Of a stretch of DNA of 64,000 nucleotides, positions 50,705-59,881 are shown piece by piece. The stretch spans positions 13,567 to 77,566 of the forward strand of contig CAYLZE010000012.1 of NCBI GenBank assembly GCA_964388035.1, in the 5' to 3' direction. The position numbers and the translations under genes are program-made. The notes beneath the pieces are model-generated. The model was not told the DNA's origin, made no database searches, and saw nothing but the letters and a program-made list of their open reading frames with translations. Every line of letters begins with the position of its first letter. Position 1 is the first letter of the stretch. The stretch is from an uncultured archaeon (GTDB lineage Archaea; Asgardarchaeota; Lokiarchaeia; Sigyniarchaeales; SOKP01).

Positions 50705-50872
50705 ATGGCTAAATTAGTATGTTCTAAATGTGGGGCAACACAAGACCTTCCCATGCACTGTGGAAAACCAATGCATAAAGAAGGAGACCAATTAGTCTGC
50801 TGGATGGGTGCAAGCTGCGGATCTCAACCGATTCCAGAGCACCATGGAAGGCAAATGCAAATTGTGGAATAA
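50705..50872 (+). CDS. 55-aa Cys/His metal-binding protein, standalone copy of the CopA C-terminal domain
   Basis: Manual translation [55 protein letters not shown]; GAGGG upstream; below the ORF-track cutoff. Confidence 0.88.
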   Translation: MAKLVCSKCGATQDLPMHCGKPMHKEGDQLVCWMGASCGSQPIPEHHGRQMQIVE

Positions 50873-50995
50873 TTTAAATCTTTTTTTTAATTTCTATAAA
50901 ATATTTTATCAAATTTAACTAGAAAATTATTCATTTCATTTCTTTTAAAATTATTAAGACGATATTTAAATTTATAGAGGAAAAAAATAATATAT

Positions 50996-51787
50996 TTATT
51001 GAAAATATTGCGTGTAATCTTGCTTATCTGTGGGTGGCAATTGTTGTCTCTGATATTCTTGCGCCTTTTCAGCTAATTCGAGCATTTTAGACTTGATTTC
51101 TTTACCTTCTTCTATGAGTTTTGAAGTATTAATGTTAAGATGGTACAATTTATTCAATGCATCCAATATTGCTGCGGCAGCTTCGGGTGTAGGTATCTGA
51201 TAAACGTAAGTAAATAACGCAAGAGCGTTTAATCGATTTGCTAACGCTTCGTTGATGACGGTAGCTTCAGGGCCGGCAATGATCCCTTGAGAGATTTTTT
51301 TAATTTCAATGTCCTTAAATCGCTCCTCTGAATTTTCCTCTGCAGCATAATAGACGGGAAAATCATCAATAATTCCCCTCGAAGGAATGCCTTGAAAAAC
51401 TAAAAGTTCTCTGGCTCTTACATCTTCAGAAAGAGCCCAATTACATATTGTTTTTGCCAGATCATTATATGCCGAAGGAATTTGAAAAGGGACCTCACAA
51501 ATAGCGACGATAAGATTATACATCGGTGAGTAATATAATCTAAATGGGTTTTTGAGTACTCCATCATAAAATACGGATATTGGCGGTAAATATTCACTTG
51601 TGATAAATCCAATCTCCTTTATATCTTCGAGTTGATCGATCAACGCATTCGCAATGATGGGACCAATGAGACCAATTCCAGCGAATCCTAAGACGATAGT
51701 TGCACCTTCTTTTATTTCAAAAGTGATATCTTCGATAATTATGGCAGATTTATCTCCCTTTGAGCAAATATACTCCTTAGTAACCAT
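50996..51787 (-). CDS. PAC2-family proteasome assembly chaperone, copy 2
   Basis: Highly similar to 46467..47264 along its full length; C-terminal YFQ. Confidence 0.9.
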   Translation of the reverse strand: MVTKEYICSKGDKSAIIIEDITFEIKEGATIVLGFAGIGLIGPIIANALIDQLEDIKEIGFITSEYLPPISVFYDGVLKNPFRLYYSPMYNLIVAICEVPFQIPSAYNDLAKTICNWALSEDVRARELLVFQGIPSRGIIDDFPVYYAAEENSEERFKDIEIKKISQGIIAGPEATVINEALANRLNALALFTYVYQIPTPEAAAAILDALNKLYHLNINTSKLIEEGKEIKSKMLELAEKAQEYQRQQLPPTDKQDYTQYFQ

Positions 51788-51932
51788 CTTTCTTAAACCT
51801 TTATCATTTTTTTTAATTCTAATTTGAACTTCTTATTTAATATAATATAGGTATTCCCTAATTTAAAGATTTGAATTATATAATTTAAATTCACATCAAA
51901 ATCACTTTTTAAATAGCATTGGATATTGCTCT

Positions 51933-52119
51933 CTAGAGAATTAGATCTCGCCCATTATTAATGTTTGCACGGGAGAAAAGAATCATGCCAAGAAATGATG
52001 AAAATAAAAATTGGGATGAAACCCGTGATTACCAATGCATGACCTTGAAAGAAATAGTAGAATCCTAAGATAGCTAAGTACCAATCCTTCCATTTTGCAT
52101 TTTTTTGGTTTTTTGACAT
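51933..52119 (-). pseudogene. Possible remnant of a membrane transporter (MFS-like) gene
   Basis: ATG at 52119 gives MSKNQKNAKWKDWYLAILGFYYFFQG...; an overlapping frame gives a hydrophobic C-terminus-like FLGMILFSRANINNGRDLIL*. Confidence 0.35.
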
Positions 52120-52383
52120 TTTGATCTTTATGTTTAATATTTAAATTATTAATTTTATAAAGGTTTATTATCCCAATTTTTAGTAAAATAATTTTATAAT
52201 GTGATCAAAAAGGATTTCTAATCATTATTATTAATAAGCAGTAGAGAGAGGTGATAATTTATCATACATAATTTATCTTGATTAATTCTAAGATAACGAG
52301 ATCTTATCATTATAAACGTGTGTATTAATTTTGATAACACCACAAATTTAAATAAAACATTATTCCATAATTATGGGAAAATG

Positions 52384-52425
52384 AATCTTATGGGAACCTT
52401 CCATGTTTCACTTAAGATTAAAAAA
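52384..52425 (+). repeat. Degenerate direct repeat of the smsC start region (55535-55576)
   Basis: 34/42 ungapped identity by manual alignment, including exact ggaaccttccatgt. Confidence 0.7.
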
Positions 52426-52514
52426 GGAATCATAAACCATCCTTGGTACAATGTGGTTCATGCAATTAAATACCTAATTTCAAGAAATATATAAGGAAAA
52501 AATTAAAAAGAACA

Positions 52515-55332
52515 ATGGAACTTAAAAATAATCACGAAGAACAAGCTGCAAAGCTAAAAAAGTTAGCCGAGTCAAACTTATTAGATATTTATCGTAGATT
52601 TAAAGTTCAAGGAAGAGGTTTACAAACTGCAGAAGCAAAAAGAAGGTTATTTCGTTTCGGTTATAATATTTTACCATCCTTTAAAACAACATCTCCCTTG
52701 AAAAAGCTTTTAGAGCAATTTAAAAATTTATTTAATATTCTTTTGGTTATCGCAGCGATCTTATCAATTATCTCGGGACTCATCTATTCTGATCAGAATT
52801 CATTGAACATGGGATACGTGATTTTCGGTTGCGTTTTTTTTAGTATCTTTTTAGGGTTATTTCAAGAATATAGAGCAGAAAAAGCAGTAAGGGAATTAAG
52901 AATTTTAATCCCATCTAATGTTAAGGTGATAAGAAATAGTACCTTATTAAGAGTCAAATCTATTGACTTGGTCCCTGGTGACATACTCATAATAGAAGCA
53001 GGTGATAAAGTACCGGCAGATATTAGATTGATCGACAGTCATATCCTTAGTATAGACAGTTCCATTCTTACGGGTGAATCCGAACCCCAAATTAAAGATG
53101 CGCTTAACGTAATTAATCAAATGGAAAAAGATGTAATCAATTTCGACAATCTTGTATTAGCCGGAACCTCCGTGATCTCTGGAAAGGGAAAGGGTATCGT
53201 ATTAGCTACGGGAAAATACACCCAAATCGCAAGGGTAGTAGAAATTATTGATGAGACAGAAATTTGAATTAAGTCCCATTCAAAAAGAAGTAAATAGAAC
53301 AGCTAAGATCAATGTTATCCTCGCCATTTTAATGGGATTTTCTTTTTTATTTATAACTTTATTAGTCTTAGGCTTAAGTCTATTAACTAGCTTATTATTC
53401 ATGATCGGGGTTATCCTATCGTTAGTACCCGAGGGTTTACAAGTTACTATTACGCTTTCCCTTTCATTAAGTGCAATAACTTTAGCAAAAAAAAACGTGT
53501 TGGTTAAACAATTACCTTCTGTACATACTCTTGGTTCTATCAGTGTGATTTGTACTGATAAAACGGGAACTCTAACACAAAATGAAATGATGGTGGAAAA
53601 ACTATGGAGTTCCGGTAAAAATTATAATATTTCGGGTGAAGGGTATAATCCCAACGGTCAAATTTTTAACCATGGGGGATTAATTACCAATTATTTAGAG
53701 GTTCCGGAATTAAAAAAAATAGCTGAATGTTGTATCGCAACGGCACACTCTAGCATTGAACCACCCGAAAAAAATCCTTATTCAAAATGGCGTGCAATAG
53801 GTGATACTACTGACGCTGCTTCTCTTGTATTGGGATTGAAAATTGGACTAACCGCCGAAGATTTTTCTCTCAAATATAAGCAATTAGATATTATCCCTTT
53901 TGATTATCAAAGAAAATTGACAACTACTATTCATCAATATTCCCCAAATCAATGTATAATTTATACCAAAGGAGCTGTAGAATCCATATTATTTAGAACC
54001 ACCTCCATCTTATGGAATAATGAAGTTATTCCTTTAACTCAAGAGTTATACCAGGAAGTTTTACAGCAATTGGAACACATGGCAAGTAATGGATATCGGA
54101 TTCTTGCCTTAGGTGAAAAAATCATGGACATTTCGCAATTATCTTTAAATAAAGAATTAATAGAAACAGACTTCACATTTATTGGATTATTAGGTATTTT
54201 AGATCCCCCACGTATAGGGGTTCCAGAAGCTGTTGCCTCGGCACGCAAGGCAGGAATAAAAGTTATAATGATAACGGGAGATCATAAATTAACCGCTGAA
54301 AATATAGCAAGAAAATGCGGAATAATAACCTCATCAAATCCCCTTATTCTTAAAGGATATACCCTTGCGCAATTAAAGGATGAAAAAGTAATGGAATTAT
54401 TAGATTCTCCCGAGATCCTGTTTGCCAGAATGAATCCGGAACAAAAATTAAAAATTGTTACCTTATTTAAAAAAAAAGGAGAAATTGTAGCAGTCACGGG
54501 AGATGGTGTGAATGATGTACCTGCTCTCTATGCAGCAGATATTGGAATATCAATGGGAATCACTGGAACGCAAGTCGCCATGGAAGCCTCTCAAATGGTT
54601 CTCTTGGATGACAATTTTGCCTCAATCGTGAAAGGAGTTGAAGGGGGACGAGCAATATTAGACAATCTTAAGAGATACATGAAATACGTATTTACCCATA
54701 ATTGGGCTCAACTAGTTGGATTTTTAGTTTTGATCTTATGGGATATTCCCATTCTCATTTCAGTAGTTATTATTCTTTCGATTGATTTGATAATGGAGAT
54801 CCCACCATCTTTTGCCATCATATTAGAACCCCCCGAAAAAGATACCTTAAACCACCCCCCTTCCAAAGATACGCATCTTTTTACTTTTACAACTTTAATT
54901 CAATCTGTTTATATCGGATTAATCATTGGTGCATATTCTCTATTTAACACTCTTCAAGCTTATCATGCGGGAGGCTGGGTTTTAGGCATGGGTACAGTTC
55001 CAGATCCGATTGCATATTCCCGTGGCATTACGTTGTATTTAGTGGGCATAATGGCAGGACAGATAGGAAATTTACTTGCCAGTAGAACTAACGTGGAAAG
55101 TGCCTTTCATCGCAGTTTTTTTCATAATAAATCGATCTTTATTGCAATAGGAATTGAATTATTTATTTTATGTTCTATCGTTTATATTCCATTATTACAG
55201 AATTTATTCAATACCACTGCCCTCACATTGATTGAATTCCTAACCATGTTTATCCTCACATTAATTATTTTTCTTATCGAAGAATTGCGCAAGTTCGTTC
55301 TACGGAACTATTATTCTGAAAAAAAAGTTTGA
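52515..55332 (+). pseudogene. Type II (P2C/Na,K-like) cation-transporting P-type ATPase split by a +1 frameshift near 53263
   Basis: ORF1 has the N-domain and TGES. ORF2 has PEGL, DKTGT, KGA, MITGD, GDGVND and ILSIDL. Removing one T of GAAATTTGAA fuses them. May be a sequencing error. Confidence 0.85.
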
Positions 55333-55379
55333 ATATATTTTACTAATTTCAATTCCCAATCATTAGTGTTATGAAGAAA

Positions 55380-55445
55380 ATTTTTCTCATGTTCAAGTCA
55401 ACATGCGTCTGCAAGAACAAGCATTAAGGACATCATGAGAAAAAT
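55380..55445. repeat. 12-bp perfect inverted repeat with 42-nt spacer
   Basis: atttttctcatg (55380-55391) and catgagaaaaat (55434-55445). Confidence 0.75.
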
Positions 55446-55553
55446 CTCCATTAATAAATATGATACGTTAAATTTACATTAAAATAAAAATTAAATATTT
55501 TATATATCATAATTTCATGATTAATCTGAATTTAAATCAAATAGGAACCTTCC

Positions 55554-56348
55554 ATGTATCTTTTAGAATTAAAAAATGTGACCATTCCAACATTTGATGG
55601 AAAATGTGTTATTGTAAATAATGTATCCTTTGGGGTCAAAGAAGGGACGATTCATGCGATTATTGGCCCGAATGGTTCGGGAAAATCAACCTTGGCATAT
55701 ACCCTCATGGGGATTGAATCCTATAATTTATTATCAGGACAGATTCTTTTTGAAGGAAAAGATATAACAACCTTAAATGTAACTGAACGGGCACAATTAG
55801 GAATAACCTTAGCTTGGCAAGAACCGGCAAGAATTGATGGGTTATCCGTTCAAAAATATATTTCTTTAGGCGTTAAAGACAAAGCTAATTCGAAAGAATT
55901 AGTGAAAGAAGCCTTAGAAATTGTCTCGTTAGACCCTGAAAAATATTTAAATAGAAAAATCGACGAGACATTAAGCGGGGGAGAGAGAAAGCGGATCGAA
56001 TTAGCTGCCACTATTGCCATGAGACCGCGGCTCGTGATATTAGATGAACCTGATTCTGGACTAGATGTCATTATCGTGGAAGATTTTCTCAGAATTTTCC
56101 ATAAAATTAAAAACCTTAACATGACCATCTTATTAATAACTCATAGGGAAGATATAGGCATGGTTGCAGATTATGGCACCTTGCTATGGATGGGAGATGC
56201 ACTGATTACGGATGTATTTCCCGAGGTCATGCTGCGCTATTGTAAGAAGGCGGGATTGAAAGATTTTTGTAAGAGAACCCTATTCAAGGAAGGAGAGAGG
56301 TGCTTTTCATTGGATTATATTGATAAAATATTTGAGGAGGATAATTAA
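55554..56348 (+). CDS. sufC: SufC-like ABC ATPase (SmsC of the minimal Fe-S assembly system)
   Basis: GPNGSGKST, AWQEP, LSGGERKR, ILDEPDSG, ITH; Cys-containing C-terminal tail. Confidence 0.9.
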   Translation: MYLLELKNVTIPTFDGKCVIVNNVSFGVKEGTIHAIIGPNGSGKSTLAYTLMGIESYNLLSGQILFEGKDITTLNVTERAQLGITLAWQEPARIDGLSVQKYISLGVKDKANSKELVKEALEIVSLDPEKYLNRKIDETLSGGERKRIELAATIAMRPRLVILDEPDSGLDVIIVEDFLRIFHKIKNLNMTILLITHREDIGMVADYGTLLWMGDALITDVFPEVMLRYCKKAGLKDFCKRTLFKEGERCFSLDYIDKIFEEDN

Positions 56349-57311
56349 GTGCCCGATTCAGAATATCCACAAGAAATTTTGCAGAGTCTTGAAGATTATA
56401 ACATCGATATTCGGGATTTTTTACCGGGACATGGAAAAGGAGCCAAATTATTGCTGGATTTCAATCGAATTCAAGGAATGGAGCAGAGGGAGGGAATTCT
56501 TTTAAAAGGAAGAGAAATTGAAAATGGCATCGTTGCCGACGTGATCATAAAAGAAGGTACCAAAATCGATGACCCCGTTCACTTATGTTTTGGAGTTCAA
56601 AAAGAAAAAGGTATTCAGGAGATTTTTCCTAGAATTATCGCTGAAGATAATACTAAAGTAACTGTTCAAGCCCATTGCAGTTTTCCTAATGCAGATGGAC
56701 TGATTCATAAAATGTTTGGTCACTTTTACATCGGAAATAATTGTGATTTCACGTATAGTGAGACTCATTATCATGGGGAAAAAAGCGGAGCCTTGGTGGC
56801 TCCCGTGGCTTACATGTATATTGGAGAAAATAGTGTATTTGAAAATAATTTCAGCTTGACTCGGGGCACCCCCGGTAAAGTAAAGATCATGATAGATATC
56901 TATGCGATGAAAAATTCGGTAATTCGCTCCAATATTAAAGCATTTGGTAAAAATATCAATGATTCAATAAGGATAAGAGATGCGATCTATCTTGAAGGAG
57001 AAAGTGCAAGAAGCGTGATTAAAATGAAAGCTGCGGCCAAGGATGGAGGAGAAGTCATGATGTATGGAATAACCGAAGCAAATTCCCCTCGCTGCAATGG
57101 ACACGTGGAATGCAGTGAAATTGTACTGGGAAAAGGGTCGATATGCAGAGCCCGTCCTTTCATTCGAGCTATTGATCCCACCTCCAGTGTCTCTCACGAG
57201 GCTTCACTGGGAAGATTTCCCGAAAAATGGATTAATGAACTCTGTGCTAAAGGTCTGACCGAGAGTGAGGCAACAGATGTTTTGATAGAAGCCATGCTCC
57301 AAGAAGAATGA
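56349..57311 (+). CDS. sufB: SufB/SufD-like scaffold (SmsB)
   Basis: PVHLCFG, AHCSFP, ETHYHG, GHVECSEI, VSHEASLG, KGLTESEA; GTG start directly after smsC. Confidence 0.88.
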   Translation: MPDSEYPQEILQSLEDYNIDIRDFLPGHGKGAKLLLDFNRIQGMEQREGILLKGREIENGIVADVIIKEGTKIDDPVHLCFGVQKEKGIQEIFPRIIAEDNTKVTVQAHCSFPNADGLIHKMFGHFYIGNNCDFTYSETHYHGEKSGALVAPVAYMYIGENSVFENNFSLTRGTPGKVKIMIDIYAMKNSVIRSNIKAFGKNINDSIRIRDAIYLEGESARSVIKMKAAAKDGGEVMMYGITEANSPRCNGHVECSEIVLGKGSICRARPFIRAIDPTSSVSHEASLGRFPEKWINELCAKGLTESEATDVLIEAMLQEE

Positions 57312-57394
57312 TTTCAATTCTATTCATTTTCAATTTATTAATTTCAAAAATAATAATTAATTTATTAACCTACAATAAAAAGATGATTTAAAAA

Positions 57395-57907
57395 ATGGGA
57401 AAAATAAAAGAAGGTCAAGACGCCCCGAGTTTCAAATTAAATTCATACAATAAGGGGTTGATTGACTTAGACCAGCTAATTGGGAAGCAAAAAATTGTAC
57501 TAATCTTCTCGAGGTATTTTGGATGCCCTCTCTGTCAATTAGATTGGAAAAATTTTTTAGGAAGAATAAATGAAATAACCGCCAAGGGAGCGATCGTATT
57601 ATATATCACCCAATCCCGCGAAGATATTGCGAAAAAATTCATCGATGAGGGACACGTGGATTTTCCCGTAATTCATTCTACAAAGGATGAACTTTATAAC
57701 GATTATGGCTTGGGAATGATGTCTACTGGAACAATAGCAAAAGTGCCTAAAATGCTAAAAGAAGCTAAAAAAGAGGGCATTGAGCACGGTGAATATGAAG
57801 GCTATGAAAAGCAAAACCCTGGACAATTTGTCATCGATGAGCAGGGAAAAATTATCCATGCGCAGAAGGGATGGCTGGATGTAGATGCAATCCTCGCAGT
57901 ATTATAA
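57395..57907 (+). CDS. AhpC/TSA peroxiredoxin-like redoxin (PRXL2-like, CxxC)
   Basis: GQDAPSF, RYFGCPLC, FPV, PGQFVID. Confidence 0.85.
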   Translation: MGKIKEGQDAPSFKLNSYNKGLIDLDQLIGKQKIVLIFSRYFGCPLCQLDWKNFLGRINEITAKGAIVLYITQSREDIAKKFIDEGHVDFPVIHSTKDELYNDYGLGMMSTGTIAKVPKMLKEAKKEGIEHGEYEGYEKQNPGQFVIDEQGKIIHAQKGWLDVDAILAVL

Positions 57908-57966
57908 TATTTTTATTAAATTTTTTATTTTTTTAACAAGTAAGTTAAATATTATGCGTGAATTAA

Positions 57967-58617
57967 ATGAAAGAAAACACTAAATATAATGAATTTCGTT
58001 TTGTTGGAAACATTAGAGTGGATGAAATCCAACCGTGGTTTGATTTTGATAAAGGGAAACCTTGGGACGAGGAAGAAGTCCCCTGGGTATTAGAAAATAA
58101 AGTAAGAAGACAAATATTGATTTTTTTGGCCGAAAATGGACCCCAGAATTTCCAAAAAATATATAATTCTCTCAATTTTTCGCCAAAACCATTATTAATC
58201 ACTCCTGACGAATATGTTCCAAGGATAAAATATCAATGGACTAAAGAAACGCTTGAGAACCATTTACTCAATTTAGAATGGTATAAATTAATAAGAAAAA
58301 GGGATGATAATTATGAGATAACTTTTCCTATTTATACCATGACAACGATTGAAAAATTGGAGCGCCAAGCAACTATTTTTGCAGAAAATTGGGCTCAAAT
58401 CATAAAATCAGCAAAATCGGAAGTAACCAAGGAATTGGGCGATGTGGTCGTTAAGGAGGATGCACTCTACGAAATTTTAATTGAAAAGACCGTGGATAGA
58501 CTATATGATCTCTTAAAAAGAGAAAACTTGCTTCCCAATATTCCTAATGTTAGAAGTTTATGGGCAGAGCAGTTGAGGGCCATCAAATTTGAAGAATGGG
58601 TAGCTAAGAATTTCTAG
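57967..58617 (+). CDS. Winged-helix (ArsR-like) putative transcription regulator
   Basis: RRQILIFLAENGP...TLENHLLNLEWYKLI. Confidence 0.6.
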   Translation: MKENTKYNEFRFVGNIRVDEIQPWFDFDKGKPWDEEEVPWVLENKVRRQILIFLAENGPQNFQKIYNSLNFSPKPLLITPDEYVPRIKYQWTKETLENHLLNLEWYKLIRKRDDNYEITFPIYTMTTIEKLERQATIFAENWAQIIKSAKSEVTKELGDVVVKEDALYEILIEKTVDRLYDLLKRENLLPNIPNVRSLWAEQLRAIKFEEWVAKNF

Positions 58618-58914
58618 AAAACTCCTCCTTCTCCTTATCTTGTTTTAACTTATTAATTCTTTAAAATTGCTTAATTCAAGGAATGCTTGGTCATAAAGTA
58701 AAGACGTGCTGATCTACGGATAACTGATTAATTGGATAAAGATAATATTCCTTATCATTTTGCAGCTGTGGGTAGGAGTGAAAATGATACCACGTCATAC
58801 GCCCGAGAACGAGTGCAACTGCACCAGAAATCCGCATGGAGTCAAACGTACACTCTTTTAGCAAAAAAATTAAAATAGTATATTTATTAATGTAAAATAT
58901 TTTTAAAAAAAAAA

Positions 58915-59862
58915 TTAAGATTTAATAATTGTACCACTTTTTCCATCTAAAGCATACATGGAATGCTCCAGTGAAGTTATAATCGCTTTCTCTCCTCCAG
59001 ACTCTACAAATCTTATGCAAGCTTCTATTTTAGGTCCCATATTCCCTGGAGGGAAGTAACCTTCAGCAAGATATTTTTTTGCTTCATCTATAGTAATAAT
59101 ATCAAGCTCTTTTTGATTCGGTTTTCCATAATTCAATGCAACTTTATCAACATCGGTAAGGATTAAGAGAATATTTGTTTCCAACATTTTTGCTAATAAA
59201 GCAGCAGTATGATCTTTATCTATAACTGCTTCAATACCAATAATGTTTCCTTCTTGGTCTTCATAAACAGGTATCCCACCCCCTCCACATGCGATAATAA
59301 TAAATCCTTTATCGTATAGATATTTTAGAACTTTTTCTTCAACAATCCCAATGGGCTCTGGGGAAGGAACCACTCTTCGATAACCTCTTCCCGCATCATT
59401 AATCATTACCCAGTTTTTTTCATTTTTAAGATTAGAGGATTGCATGGCTGTATAAAAGGGTCCTATGGGTTTGTTAGGATTTTTAAAAGCCATGTCATTC
59501 TTGTCTACGATAGTCTGAGTCAGAATTGTAACAGTATTAAGTTTGAAATTATGACTTTTTATAGCATTATTTAAGGATACTTGTAGCAAATAACCAATCA
59601 TCCCTTGACTTTCAGCTCCACATACATCTAAAGGCATCGGTGGTAGAGAATCTTTTGCTATTTCATTTTTAAGTAAAATGTCTCCTACTTGAGGTCCATT
59701 TCCATGAGTAATCCCTAATTTATACCCTTTCTTAATTATTTCAATCAAATGAGAATTCGTTTTATTAATATGAGTGAGCTGATCTTCAACAGTCCCCTTT
59801 TCACCATGTTGTAATATGGCATTTCCACCCAATGCTACTAAAATTTTTTTAGTCATTATCAT
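58915..59862 (-). CDS. arcC: Carbamate kinase
   Basis: ALGGNA, THGNGPQVG, KPIGPFY, RRVVPSP, GGGGIPV, AVIDKD, GNMGPK. Confidence 0.95.
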   Translation of the reverse strand: MIMTKKILVALGGNAILQHGEKGTVEDQLTHINKTNSHLIEIIKKGYKLGITHGNGPQVGDILLKNEIAKDSLPPMPLDVCGAESQGMIGYLLQVSLNNAIKSHNFKLNTVTILTQTIVDKNDMAFKNPNKPIGPFYTAMQSSNLKNEKNWVMINDAGRGYRRVVPSPEPIGIVEEKVLKYLYDKGFIIIACGGGGIPVYEDQEGNIIGIEAVIDKDHTAALLAKMLETNILLILTDVDKVALNYGKPNQKELDIITIDEAKKYLAEGYFPPGNMGPKIEACIRFVESGGEKAIITSLEHSMYALDGKSGTIIKS

Positions 59863-59881
59863 TCACTTTTCCTAACATTAA

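Noticed and set aside
53265-53267. TGA as selenocysteine in the P-type ATPase (Lokiarchaeia use Sec), with the 55380 hairpin as SECIS
   Set aside because: Read-through meets TAG ten codons later; the conserved continuation is in the +1 frame
58761-58850. Group II intron domain V/VI on the minus strand, or a tRNA
   Set aside because: Only scattered resemblance (atgcgg, gttct, ctacccac); no AGC/CGC triad hairpin, no RT gene and no cloverleaf
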